Source: a virus. From it: a stretch of 64,000 nt of DNA. The notes under the pieces were generated by a model. It saw nothing but the letters and a program-made list of their open reading frames with translations, made no database searches and was not told the DNA's origin. A program made the translations under genes and the position numbers. The stretch covers positions 3,835 to 67,834 of IMG/VR virus record IMGVR_UViG_3300021963_000113; one strand, 5' to 3'. This document shows, piece after piece, positions 16,158 through 27,600 of this stretch. The first letter of the stretch is position 1; each line of letters starts with the position of its first letter.

Positions 16158-17123
16158 TTAAGTTACTCTAATTTCTTGAGGCAACTCTGGATCAGATCCG
16201 AATTCCACTTCATTATCATGCATAACTTCAAATGCTTTAGTCCATATCCCCTTCAAAACATTATCATATGGATCATAATTTTCTTCCCATACATTAGATA
16301 TGCCATAAAAAGTTGTTGTTACTCCCTTATCACTACCAAATGCACTAGCCGATCTAAACCTGGCACTTAAAGTATTTTTCCATTCAATATACTGAGAAAA
16401 TTCTAAAAGAAAAGATTTAATACCAAACTCTTTAATATTATATCCTTCTTCTAGATTTTCTTTGAGTGCTTTGTTGTAATCTCTCCTCCAACTCGCAGGT
16501 AACTCAAGGTATGCTGGTAATGTTTGGAGCGCACGTAAATCTGGAGTGCTATAGGCAAGAATACCACCTCCAACTTTCCTAAGAATATAAGCACTCTGTC
16601 CAGTGCCCATTACAAAATCTGCTGCAATGAGAGAATAGTATGGTTTACCTTCATAAGTAAATGATGGTTCTTGTCTAGCCATCATACGATAGTATTGTTT
16701 TCCATCTTCACCCGTAAAAGTATATAATTCTATACCTTCATAATCTCTACCATCTAATCTAATTCTATCTGTATCATAAACTTTAGTATCAAATAAAACG
16801 TAATCATCTAATTGTATGTAACAAAAAAGTATGGGAACATCATGTAATACTCTTTTTGATAAGTCGGCGGTATATTTTCTAGTGCCATTAACTTGTCTAG
16901 AACTTATAGCGGGTCTAGACTGATAATATAAAACATTTTTAATGTTATAAGTATATCTTCCACCAACAGTGAATGGATAATCGAATACTACATATTTTGC
17001 TAGATTCCTTTTTCTAGCATTGATAAATTCCGTAGGACTCTTGGCAGACCCTAGAGCTCTTCTTTCATAATCATCTATAGATTGTTTGAATACAGACGGC
17101 AATGTTTGTTCAGTAAATATCAT
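16158..17123 (-). CDS. Hypothetical protein (321 aa) in the baseplate operon
   Basis: Long ORF with a GGAG RBS; no motif recognised. Confidence 0.75.
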   Translation of the reverse strand: MIFTEQTLPSVFKQSIDDYERRALGSAKSPTEFINARKRNLAKYVVFDYPFTVGGRYTYNIKNVLYYQSRPAISSRQVNGTRKYTADLSKRVLHDVPILFCYIQLDDYVLFDTKVYDTDRIRLDGRDYEGIELYTFTGEDGKQYYRMMARQEPSFTYEGKPYYSLIAADFVMGTGQSAYILRKVGGGILAYSTPDLRALQTLPAYLELPASWRRDYNKALKENLEEGYNIKEFGIKSFLLEFSQYIEWKNTLSARFRSASAFGSDKGVTTTFYGISNVWEENYDPYDNVLKGIWTKAFEVMHDNEVEFGSDPELPQEIRVT

Positions 17124-17134
17124 TTTCTATTCTC

Positions 17135-20100
17135 CTATGGGCAATCAATGTATTCGCCAACAGGTGTTGGTCCAACAATGTCTGCGAGCTCGTTAACTCT
17201 TTCTCTATCTAGGCAAGAAATATTTGCCACTGCAATGGCTCCAAGACCAGTGGTAGATGGAATAATTCTTACAGTAGGGTTATCAAGAAACTCTTTTGTT
17301 TTTTGTTTAACTTTGATATCAACCAACACACCATTAGAAACAACTGCTTCTGCGATAGTTTCATCACCATTAACTAATACAATAGGTGGTGTGCTATATC
17401 CAAATCCACTTTTAATTATAGTGAATCCAGTTATGACACAATTTAAATTATCATTAGGTGGAGCTGGTGGATACCCTCTACCTGCTCTAACAACTTTAAT
17501 CTCTTTCACGTATCCATTAGTATCTAATACAGCAACTGCAGAGGCACCGTATCCATTTCCTTCTGATTGGATGTAAACATCAGGTGGAGTTATGTATCTA
17601 GTTCCTGGTTTGCAAATAGGAATGCTGAGAATCTGTCCTTCTGTTGATATAATAGGAGGACATGCAGTTGGTGGTTGAGGTTCTAATGGTATAGTTTCTG
17701 GTATAATTGGCGTGTAATTACCTTTAATTACAAACTCAGCTGCTGCAGCACCATTATAAAGAGCAGCGTAAACCAATTCATCTTCAACAAAACTAACCTT
17801 TTCGGATACAGTAAAATCAAATGTTGCATAGTCATTTACAACATTGAAAATTCCTGTGAATGTTTCTTCTTCTAAATCTGAAAACTGTAAGTTAGGACCA
17901 AAGATATAAAATGGTATAGCTGTATTATTATTTACGTTTTCTGTGCGTAAAGTCACTCTAAACTTTTGTCCCGCATTCACTACTTTCGGGAAAACAGAGA
18001 GTTGATATGTTGGATTTTCTACTACATAATCAATCTTTCTAGGACTTGGGATATACAACACTTCAATATTACTATTGAAACCAAATGCTCGTTGCCTTAA
18101 GTTTGAATTGTCGAAAACATGGTCATATCTATTAGACTGGGCATTGAATTTGGTATAATTAATAGACGATACCGATTGTCTAATCGTCACACTATAATCA
18201 TTAAATCTTCTTGGATTTGAATCAACAACATCAGCGTTATCAAACAATGATATTGTTGCAGACTCTGATGTGAGAGAAGGTGGATTAGTATTCGCTGAAG
18301 ACACAACACATCTATAACTATATTGGTCTTGAGTTATCTGAATATCTTCTACAATATATGTTGATTGATTTGCTTGGGGAATGTCATCCCACAAAACGAT
18401 AGCAGGATTTTTTATAGCATCGTAAACCTGCCATTGATATGATATTGCACTACCCCTAGAAGTAGAAGCAACTACCTCAAATATGTGATTTTCCCCCACT
18501 CGTTTAGTAACAGATTTAGGATCTATTAAAATCGAAAGTGTTTCATCATTCAAGGTGGTGCCGCCTCCTGGTGTCCCTCCACCTGTTTCGCCAGTTGACT
18601 CTGGGTTTACTACAGTTTCTGGCATTGGATCTCCACCTCCAATGACCACATCAACCTCAGGAATTTGTGTTTCTTGACCTTCTTTACATACTCCTGGTGG
18701 AGAATATTTTATGCCACCCGTAAATGGATCTGTACTTGGTGCAGCATTAAGGTCATTGAGTAATCTATCTAAAAAGTCTTCTCCCTTTCCCTGCTTTACC
18801 TTCGGACCCTCGCCACACTCTTGGATTGGTTTCTTGCATTCCTTGGGTAATCCCGAGCAGGTAATACCTAGGACATCAAAAATTTTAGAGATAACTGCAC
18901 CTACTCCGTCTAATACTTTACCTACTGCACCTAGAATTTCAAGCAAAGGACCAAGTATAGTTTGAATAGCATCCTCAATAAATGATTGAATCTTTTGAAT
19001 AATATTTGCTACGAATTCATCTACTGCACAGACAGCATTGGACCAAATTCTATTGACTGCATCAAAAATAGTATTCATAATGAATCCAAGAAGTCTATCG
19101 TAAAGACTTTCAATGGTGCAACCAATTTTTGCTAATTGAGTTTTTAAAAATTCTTCAATTCTATCTAAAAGTTTTCTTGGATTTGCTGGACTATATGGAG
19201 GTTTAAAATTCTTTGGTTTAGCTTTATCAGTAATTAAACTAAGCAAAGAGTTAACAAGAAACTGCACACCTTGCTGTAGTAAATTGTACAACTCTCCTTT
19301 AACCCAAGCATATCCACCAGAAATAACCGCCAATATTTTATTGACATAACCCATTACAAATTGCTGTCCACTAACAGCGTATCCAGTTACTTTACTGGTT
19401 AAAAAACTACCTACTTGACCCCCAGATTGACTGACAATTTTAAATAATTCCGAAAGAATTATCTCAAGTTTAGATGCTGTCCTTCCCGCAGGACACTGTG
19501 CTTGTGAAAGAGTAGTGCATTTATATCCAGCAGAGTTTAGATTCCCCCCTGGTTGATGGGGACCATGCATAATAGATGATGGACCACCTGGACCTTGTTT
19601 TGTTGGATACTTAGATGTCCCTGGTTGCACAGTGGTAGAAACAAATCCTTGCGTTGCCTCTGTAAGAGTTTTCTCATCTCTTGGGATAGACATGTGAGGA
19701 TTAATTCTTTCTGGAGCAAAGTTAGTAAATGCTCTGCAATCTTCCTCGTCTCCTTTTAGTTTAGGGTATGGTAAGTTTTCTTTTGACTCTGCGTTTGCAA
19801 TACTACCAATAGACCCTAGAATAAATGGCTGTTGTGCCATATCGGAATCCATAAAGAATCCAATAACCCAATCACCCGCTTCTAATGGAGTGCTTGTGCT
19901 AGTGTGATATCCGTATGGTTGAGTTGTTGGAGCAACAGTTTGAGCAAGAGGTAAATCCTCTGTCTTTATTGCTTCACAACTCTTAAGATGGTGACCAACA
20001 ATTCTTACATGATAGCGATTAGAATTTTTACCATTCTGATCTCTATCTTTAACTCCTCTTTTGTCAGACTTTTCAATCTGACCTACCCACCAGTGGAAAC

Positions 20101-20149
20101 CATCTTTACCAACAAAATTGTTTGGTCCGATATAGCTTTCAAATGCCAT
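17135..20149 (-). CDS. gp5: Baseplate hub protein with gp5 OB-fold N-domain and an Ig-like insert
   Basis: N-terminal FVGKDGFHWWVGQIE..RYHVRIVGHH..LPLA..GDWVIGFFMD..QQPFILG; Ig-like segment SYQWQ..YRCVVS; G.GY..PP.V repeats. Confidence 0.8.
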   Translation of the reverse strand: MAFESYIGPNNFVGKDGFHWWVGQIEKSDKRGVKDRDQNGKNSNRYHVRIVGHHLKSCEAIKTEDLPLAQTVAPTTQPYGYHTSTSTPLEAGDWVIGFFMDSDMAQQPFILGSIGSIANAESKENLPYPKLKGDEEDCRAFTNFAPERINPHMSIPRDEKTLTEATQGFVSTTVQPGTSKYPTKQGPGGPSSIMHGPHQPGGNLNSAGYKCTTLSQAQCPAGRTASKLEIILSELFKIVSQSGGQVGSFLTSKVTGYAVSGQQFVMGYVNKILAVISGGYAWVKGELYNLLQQGVQFLVNSLLSLITDKAKPKNFKPPYSPANPRKLLDRIEEFLKTQLAKIGCTIESLYDRLLGFIMNTIFDAVNRIWSNAVCAVDEFVANIIQKIQSFIEDAIQTILGPLLEILGAVGKVLDGVGAVISKIFDVLGITCSGLPKECKKPIQECGEGPKVKQGKGEDFLDRLLNDLNAAPSTDPFTGGIKYSPPGVCKEGQETQIPEVDVVIGGGDPMPETVVNPESTGETGGGTPGGGTTLNDETLSILIDPKSVTKRVGENHIFEVVASTSRGSAISYQWQVYDAIKNPAIVLWDDIPQANQSTYIVEDIQITQDQYSYRCVVSSANTNPPSLTSESATISLFDNADVVDSNPRRFNDYSVTIRQSVSSINYTKFNAQSNRYDHVFDNSNLRQRAFGFNSNIEVLYIPSPRKIDYVVENPTYQLSVFPKVVNAGQKFRVTLRTENVNNNTAIPFYIFGPNLQFSDLEEETFTGIFNVVNDYATFDFTVSEKVSFVEDELVYAALYNGAAAAEFVIKGNYTPIIPETIPLEPQPPTACPPIISTEGQILSIPICKPGTRYITPPDVYIQSEGNGYGASAVAVLDTNGYVKEIKVVRAGRGYPPAPPNDNLNCVITGFTIIKSGFGYSTPPIVLVNGDETIAEAVVSNGVLVDIKVKQKTKEFLDNPTVRIIPSTTGLGAIAVANISCLDRERVNELADIVGPTPVGEYIDCP

Positions 20150-20151
20150 GA

Positions 20152-20364
20152 TTAATCTTCATAAATTCTACATTCTAGTGCTGATGGATTTTCATCACAA
20201 AATAATTCCAATGGAGTTGGATCTTTTTCTTCACCAGGATGTCTCTGTTGATATTTTTCCAATGCTTCTAATTCTTCTTCTGCATGTCTTCTTGACTGTG
20301 AAGATGCCATAGCATCGTCAACAATTTTTCTATCATGCTCTATGTGTTTTTGAATGTTTTCCAT
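20152..20364 (-). CDS. cp12: CP12 Calvin cycle inhibitor
   Basis: RRHAEEELEAL and C-terminal LELFCDENPSALECRIYED. Confidence 0.95.
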   Translation of the reverse strand: MENIQKHIEHDRKIVDDAMASSQSRRHAEEELEALEKYQQRHPGEEKDPTPLELFCDENPSALECRIYED

Positions 20365-20365
20365 G

Positions 20366-21742
20366 TTACTTTGCCTTGCTAATTAACCACCCTGGAGTAT
20401 CTTTAATTGCATCAATAACTGTGGTGGCTGTGTATGGATTTGCACCTCTAACAATAAAATTGTATCCAATATTCTTTACAAGATATTTACCACTATGCTC
20501 TTCATCATATGGTGTTTGCTCTCTGCCAGTTTGGTTAACCATGTTAGGAAATTTTAGAGTTAGCAAATCCCCAGCCCTTACCGATAGATTCGGTGGGACT
20601 GTAATATTTAGCTGCTGATTACTAGCGAAATGATACCTGGCATTTGACTGTGCTATAGCATACAAGTATGTGTCTTTAAACTTAGCATTTTCTTTACCTG
20701 GCGTATCTCTTTTGTCATGAAACATTTCATTATTAATCATCTGTGTCATAATCCTAGTAGGATATTGCGACAACTCTTTAGCACCTTTACTAATGCTAGC
20801 CGTTTTCCCTAAGTGTTTCATTTGATTGAAAGAATCTTCAAACTTATAAAGTCTTTCTTCGTAGGTATTTGTAGTTACATCAAACGCAACATACATGGTC
20901 GAGTAAACACCAGACCTCAACTGCTTGAGCATATCAAACTCATCTCTAAAAGTATAATCTAAAATTTTAAAAGCATTTTGACTATCACTCACTCCATCGT
21001 TTGCAATGCCATAAGTAAAAGTAAACTTTGATTTCTGACTCATCAAATCATTAAGAGACCTGAAATGATAATTATCATACGTTTCATAAAACAAATACCC
21101 CGCAGTGCCTTTCAGTTTCTTCATATCTTTACCAGTGATATCACTCTCTGGCATCTCTGAGGTAGCACCACCTTCTGATAACTTTCCTGCATTCGATTGC
21201 TCCCAACTAGACACAGTAATTCTTGCTAGCTGATAGATGAAATCGAATGGTCTCTTGAGTGAAGGAATATACTTCTGTCTAAATGCAGATGGGGAGGACT
21301 TCAATCCTTTTTTAACCTTAAGATAATTAGAAAGGATTGATGATACAATCTCTTCTGGTTTACCTTCTAATGTTTTGCCAATTCGTATGCCTTCATTTTG
21401 CATACCAGCATATGTCATCAACATTAAATTATAGAATTGATTTCTGTCTGATAGAGTGCGAGAACCAATTCCACTCACAACCATATCAAAAGTATATTCT
21501 TGTTGTGATATTGCAGGAGTGCTTACTGTAATTTTTACCCTTTCTCTACCCTGAATTGGGAGATTGGATAGAATATTATTAGAGCTATCTTCTAGCAATA
21601 AAGACCCTAGCATATAAGGATTATTAATACTTTCAAAAATAGTAAATTCTATAACCAAAGGAGTAATGTTAATAATTTGATTATCAACACTACTTAATGT
21701 CACTGATTTTAATTCAAATTGCCTTGAGTTTTCTATTGCCAT
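20366..21742 (-). CDS. Putative baseplate hub protein (gp27-like)
   Basis: Lies between the tape-measure-like genes and gp5; IFESI..P, LPIQG.E and C-terminal GD....SGKYLV features. Confidence 0.6.
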   Translation of the reverse strand: MAIENSRQFELKSVTLSSVDNQIINITPLVIEFTIFESINNPYMLGSLLLEDSSNNILSNLPIQGRERVKITVSTPAISQQEYTFDMVVSGIGSRTLSDRNQFYNLMLMTYAGMQNEGIRIGKTLEGKPEEIVSSILSNYLKVKKGLKSSPSAFRQKYIPSLKRPFDFIYQLARITVSSWEQSNAGKLSEGGATSEMPESDITGKDMKKLKGTAGYLFYETYDNYHFRSLNDLMSQKSKFTFTYGIANDGVSDSQNAFKILDYTFRDEFDMLKQLRSGVYSTMYVAFDVTTNTYEERLYKFEDSFNQMKHLGKTASISKGAKELSQYPTRIMTQMINNEMFHDKRDTPGKENAKFKDTYLYAIAQSNARYHFASNQQLNITVPPNLSVRAGDLLTLKFPNMVNQTGREQTPYDEEHSGKYLVKNIGYNFIVRGANPYTATTVIDAIKDTPGWLISKAK

Positions 21743-21743
21743 T

Positions 21744-24620
21744 TTACTCTATTAAATCTGCGTATAAAAAGTCAGCAAAAGTTGCTGCCATTGACCTTCC
21801 TTGTGGGACATTGCCACCAAAACCACCAACACTAAATGATTTACTAGATGCTGATGTAGATGCTGGCGGAGTGATAACTGCAGCTGCTGTTGCTGTTGGT
21901 TTAGATTGACTTGGTGATGGACCCACTCTCTGTGCAGCAGCAGCAGGTGGAGCTGGTTTTGGTGGTTTTGGTTTTAATTTTGCTGCCTCTTGTTTATTTA
22001 ACCTAGCAGCAAGTGACTTTGCTAATGCTTCTTGCTTTGATTTTCTTTCTGCTGTTGCTCCTTTCTTATTCCAAACCTGCCACCATGGGTTTCCACCAAC
22101 TGCTCTGTCGCTCACTCCCATGTTAACCCACTTGCCATTCACTTTCTGCACACCCAATCTTGAGCGTTGTGCTGATGCTCTTTGTGCTCTCAATCTAGCA
22201 GCATGTGCATGTCTGGAATCCATAGGTCCACCAGATGCATAACCTTTTAGTGGTGGTAGCCCCATCGTTCTTCTCATTTCTGGGTCAGTTACATCTTTAT
22301 ATCTTGCGTTATATCCTAACCCACTATTAGTATTTCTTTGATTGTTTACTAATTTACCCCAAGAGAATGGATTCCACCATGCTCCACCATCTTCTGCTTG
22401 TTGCTTTGGTTTATTCTTATTCCAATTAAATATAGGACTTACATCACCAGTTGGTAAATTTGTTTGTGCTGGATCATTAGTTGGATTTGGCGCTGGTTGA
22501 GCAGATGGTGTAGGTGGAGGATTAACTGGTTGACCATTATTTCTTTGTGTTGGTAAAGCAGGTGGTTGTGCTCCAGCTCTTCTCACATAATCAATTTTAT
22601 CTAATGCTATAGTGCCTCTAGTTACCTGGCCGCCTTGATTTCCACCAATGATTTCTACTGCCCCATTCTTAGGACTACCAGCAGCAAACATAACATGAGA
22701 CCTAGATCCACCACCGTAGTCACCAACAATAACATCTCCATATTGTATATTCTTTTTGTCTACAGGTGCTCCCCAGTTTTCAAAACTATCAGCTGCTGGA
22801 GAATCTGATCCTTTAATTCCCTGTCTTTCAAGTTGAGCATTTACATATGCAGCACACCATGGACCTTTTGTTGGATCTATAATACCTCTAGCACCACTTT
22901 GCATAATTTCTTCTCTCATCTGAGATGCATCTTTCCCAATGTCTGCTTCCAAATCACCCTTCAAACTTTCTGGTGTGCCGCCTGGTGGATTATCACCCCC
23001 ATCTCCATCACCTTTCTTCTTGTTAGCATCTCCACCACCACCTATTTTCATTCCATCAAAAAGATTTTTCATAAAATCTTTAGCAGCTTTGTTTGTATCA
23101 ACTACACCAAACTTTCCTTTGCCAATAGATGATGTAAATGTAAGATTAGATATACCAAATTCTTTTGCTGCTTTTCTAATGTCTTGCTTGACCATATCAC
23201 CTGCAGTGCCACTCTCTGTCTTGCCGAGCATACCAGAAGCAACACCAAGAATCATTGCACCAACAGTATCGACTGCAGTTTCTCCAGCTGGTGTATCTTT
23301 AGTATCACCAAACATTTTTTTACCAATGTTTCTGTTTAAAGGAATAACAGAATCACCAGGATTTAAATTTGTCTTAGTTGGATTATCTACTAGTCCTCCT
23401 TCTGCCATTGGAGAAACAGGAGATGGTGGTACTGCTGATGGGACTATACCACCTTCAGATGCCTGAGTTCTATCGATATTGGATAAAACATTATTATATT
23501 TTTCTCTCTCTCCAAAAATTCTTTCATTGAGCATTCTAGCTCTATCTGCCTGCGGACCTTCTCCTCTGACATCATAAAGATTTTTTTTGTTTGGGTCTGT
23601 TTGGAATAGATTGTAAATAGAAGATCCCAAATCTCCCAAAGAAGTGAAGAGATTATCATCTGGATTTAATACTTCTTTAGTTTGATTATATAAATCAAAC
23701 ACCATCAATGGTGCAGCTAATTTACCTAATACTCCACCCATTCCTTTAGGCATTCCAGGCATCTTAAATCCTTTAGGCATTCCAGGCATCTTAAATCCAC
23801 CTGAAGATGTGGCACCACCACTAGTTGTAACCTTTGGTCCAGTGCCAGGCATTCTAGGACCAGGAGGTTTGCCACCCGCTCCTTGAGTTACTGGAGATTT
23901 TTTAAATGGATTTAATTTTTGTAACCACTTATCAGGGATGAAGTTACTTGCTAAATCCCCAAGGCCAAGTAAATTTAACATCCAATCGAAAGGTCCACCG
24001 CCTCCGCTATCATTACCTTCCCCACCTTCCTTTCCTTTCTGAGATTCTCCCAGTGGAGATCTAGTGCTCGAAGTATCCTGTGTCTTCTCTAATTGCTTTT
24101 CTGCTCTAGCATATTTTGCTTCTTCTAATGCTTTTCTTCTTAAGTCAGTTTGAGAATCTAAAGTTTCTTTTATAGCTGTGAGTGTGCCTGCAGAGCTAGT
24201 TGTTGCTGCTAAATTCTGACCAATGCCATCGTTGATTCCACCCAGTTTAGCAACCATTACACCAGTATCTTTTAAGATAGCAGTGAATCCACCTGCGATA
24301 AACTCTTTTAGTTTAGCAGACCCGTTGGCACCGTCTCCTTCTGTCGGTGGTGTTACTGGTTTATCTTTTGGTTTATTCCAACTAAATTGCTTTGCCCAAT
24401 TAGACTTTGCTTTCTTAGACTTGATTGGGTTGAATTGATTTGCTAAAGAAGACTTAAACAAAGACCCCTTCTTAGGAGTTTCGCCTGCTGCTTGAGCTTT
24501 CTCTCTTTCTTCCTTAGCATTTTCAGCAGCATCACGAATTTTTGCACCAATAGTCTTGGCGATATTTAATACACTAGGACCAGTGCCAGCTTCTGTTGGT
24601 GTAGTGGTAAATGCTGCCAT
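21744..24620 (-). CDS. Tape-measure/hub-like virion protein with a CHAP/NlpC-P60-like (TIGR02594-type) peptidase domain
   Basis: PWCAAYVN..A.SF.NWG..GDVIV..SHV..IGGNQG motif; coiled-coil and low-complexity stretches. Confidence 0.7.
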   Translation of the reverse strand: MAAFTTTPTEAGTGPSVLNIAKTIGAKIRDAAENAKEEREKAQAAGETPKKGSLFKSSLANQFNPIKSKKAKSNWAKQFSWNKPKDKPVTPPTEGDGANGSAKLKEFIAGGFTAILKDTGVMVAKLGGINDGIGQNLAATTSSAGTLTAIKETLDSQTDLRRKALEEAKYARAEKQLEKTQDTSSTRSPLGESQKGKEGGEGNDSGGGGPFDWMLNLLGLGDLASNFIPDKWLQKLNPFKKSPVTQGAGGKPPGPRMPGTGPKVTTSGGATSSGGFKMPGMPKGFKMPGMPKGMGGVLGKLAAPLMVFDLYNQTKEVLNPDDNLFTSLGDLGSSIYNLFQTDPNKKNLYDVRGEGPQADRARMLNERIFGEREKYNNVLSNIDRTQASEGGIVPSAVPPSPVSPMAEGGLVDNPTKTNLNPGDSVIPLNRNIGKKMFGDTKDTPAGETAVDTVGAMILGVASGMLGKTESGTAGDMVKQDIRKAAKEFGISNLTFTSSIGKGKFGVVDTNKAAKDFMKNLFDGMKIGGGGDANKKKGDGDGGDNPPGGTPESLKGDLEADIGKDASQMREEIMQSGARGIIDPTKGPWCAAYVNAQLERQGIKGSDSPAADSFENWGAPVDKKNIQYGDVIVGDYGGGSRSHVMFAAGSPKNGAVEIIGGNQGGQVTRGTIALDKIDYVRRAGAQPPALPTQRNNGQPVNPPPTPSAQPAPNPTNDPAQTNLPTGDVSPIFNWNKNKPKQQAEDGGAWWNPFSWGKLVNNQRNTNSGLGYNARYKDVTDPEMRRTMGLPPLKGYASGGPMDSRHAHAARLRAQRASAQRSRLGVQKVNGKWVNMGVSDRAVGGNPWWQVWNKKGATAERKSKQEALAKSLAARLNKQEAAKLKPKPPKPAPPAAAAQRVGPSPSQSKPTATAAAVITPPASTSASSKSFSVGGFGGNVPQGRSMAATFADFLYADLIE
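23742..23798. repeat. Perfect 27-bp tandem duplication encoding GFKMPGMPK twice
   Basis: TCCTTTAGGCATTCCAGGCATCTTAAA occurs twice in tandem. Confidence 0.9.
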
Positions 24621-24643
24621 TAGTTAAAATCTCCCTGTGATAT

Positions 24644-27600
24644 TTAGGTTATAGATGTATAATGAGATAGTCTTGCCTTTTCTCTAGCAGCAACCAAAGG
24701 ATTTGCGGGGACATGAATATACTTAGTGTCACCTTTAATATAAACAGGCACCTGTTGTATGACAGGTGTGATAGTTTGTATCATAGCAACAGATGTACCA
24801 CTAACAGTGTCTTTAGGAATTGGTATAGGGTTTACTTGTCCCTCTGGAATTTCTGGAAGTGATGCTCCCTTAACAGGAGTGCCACCAAGTAGTCTTAAAA
24901 TCTCAGCACCAGATTCATCCTCTGCTCTATAAATTCTTTTAGGTTTAAATCCTTCTCCATATACGGGAGTCCTACCAGTTTTTGGTGGTGCTAATAAGTT
25001 ATCAATAAAATTAACAAATCCAGCAACTTCTACACCAGCTTGTCTTCCTATTTGCTCGTATCTATTAAATGCTTTTGCTGGATCTTTATAAACATTATAT
25101 TCATTATTTTCTATAGGAGCAATCACCATTTTATTTCCGATGTGGAATAACAATTCTCTACCATGTCCTATGTAAGGTTGACCACCTGTATATTGTGGAG
25201 GAATATTGAAACCAGATGGAGGACCAGAAATTTCAAATAATCCACGCACTTGATCAGAAAAATTGTTAGTGATGTTTTGCACTGCACCTTTAGATGCTCT
25301 TCTAGTAGAAGCACCTTTAGCTTTATCAATTGCTTTTTGTAATTTTTCTCTATTCTCAAATTTCAAACCTCTCCATTCTGATATAAAATTATCAACATTT
25401 GCTCCTGTTTTTAGTCTATATTTAATTAAAGCAATACCTAACTTATCTTGAGTTGATGCATTAAATTTATCATTAGGAGAAACACCAGTTTCTCCATAAC
25501 TTTTACGATTAATCAATCCATCCATGGTGCTGCCAATAATTTGGTATCTACCAGCTGCATGAATTGGTGGGTCTTTATCTTTTTGATGTTGCATAATCTC
25601 TGCAACAGTCATATCAGTCAGTTTTCTTTTTATTGGTCCTTGATCTGAAGGTCCACTGTAACCAATAACAGAATAACCATTATTAGATCCTCCTTCATTG
25701 TAAGCAATATAACCACCAGCAGAAGTACTTTCTTTGCCAGCAATCATATCTAATAATTCTTTATAGTCACCTGCATCAGGACTAGTTGTGTTATCATCAT
25801 CATCTCCACCATCACCACCGTCTTCACCATCACCACCTATATTAATTCCAAACATCTTGAAGAAGTTTGCAAAGAATTTGGATAATTCTTTTGCTCCTTG
25901 CTCTTCAGTCATTGCAGCGGAGTCTAACTCAGCAGCAAATGCTCCTTGATTTAAACCAAATAAAGTTGCTAATCCACCCAACAGGGGAGAAAACATCTTA
26001 GCAATTACACCACTGAAGGGACCAGCAGCTGCAACTATACTGGCAAGAGCACCAGAAATTTGAGCACCAATTACTTTGAATGGCATTTCCATTACATTGG
26101 CAAATGGTTGCACCTTCTTCATTAAGTCGCCAGCAGCACCAAGACCAGTGGCAAGAATATTGCTACCCGTGCCTTGCATTACACCACCTTCAGCAAGCTT
26201 CTTTGGAGCACTCCTAACAAGTATTTCTGGACCAGCTTCACCTATCAATGCTGGAACGGTATTTCTAACAGACGCAGCACCTTCAGAAAACTTCATTCTC
26301 CTACCAAACCTACCAAAAGAAGGCATTTTAAACCTGTTTCTCTTTGGCACATCACCTGTTATTTTAGGACCACCTCTTCTGGTAGTAGACCTCTGACCAC
26401 CTCCCTTTATTTTCTTTGCAATATCTCTTGTATCATCTGCTGCCATTAACAAATCAAACCAATCTAATCCACCCTCTGATTTTCCAAGTAAACCACTTAA
26501 ATCAATAGATGGAATATTAATATCACCTCCCGCTGCTTGCTGAGCAACTGCTTCATCAGATCCAGAATCAATTTCAACATCAACCATCTTGGATATAGAT
26601 GTTAGTATTCCCTCTAATAAATCTGAATTCCTTTCACTGGCATTAACAAGTTGCTCTAGAGTTTGTGTCTGTTTTGTTATTTGTTTATTAATTGCGCCCA
26701 ATGCAATTGATACTTTTTTAAATCCCGTTGCTAAATCACGTATCTCGTTTGCTTTCTTTTTCTTCTTGGGGTCTGAATCTCCATAGTCAAACTGGTCTCC
26801 AAATCCTGCTTGAGATTTGGATTGTTTAGATGGCATACTCTCAATGAATGCCCCAAATGTAGTGTCAAATGCTCTGCCACCAAACTGATAACCTATAGAC
26901 TTCTTGATAAAATATCCAGGCTCTAATACTTCTTGAGGTATATCAGCACCATTAGACTGTGCTTCTAATGCTCTTTCTTTCTGCTCTTTGGCATCTTGAA
27001 ATGCAGTCTTTACTTTTTTTCCTATCCATGAACCAAATGCTAACACAGATGGTCCTTCTCCTGGTGCTTTACTTACACCACCAGAAAATAATGTTTTCCC
27101 AACAAATGATCCTGTCTTTTTTAGACCACCACCAAACATTCTACCAAGACGTTTTCTTCTACTTGGTGGTGTTGGTGGCTCATTACCACCAGAAGGTGCC
27201 TTTGGTTTCTTTTTCTTTTTAACTGTATTCTTAGGTCTCTTAAGTTTTCTTCTAGAAGGTTTTTTCTTTTCCTTTTTTTTCTCAGTCTTAGGAACAGTTT
27301 CACTTCCCTCCCAAGGATCAGCAGGTCTCTGATACTCATTAGGAGGTGGCGAAATCTTCTCTTGAATATCTTCTAATATATCTATCTTGTCTTCAAGGAT
27401 TTCAGAAACTTCTGCTTTAGTTTCTGCTTCTTGAATCTCTTCTTGTGCTTCTACTAATACTTCCGAAGTTTGCTCAACAATTTTTTCACTTACTGCTTCC
27501 TCAAATGGGTTGTTGAGATACGCTTCTACTAACCACTCTTGATATAATCGTTGTCTCTCCATCCACTGTATAGGAGTGCCACTTTCCTGATCCAAAGAGG

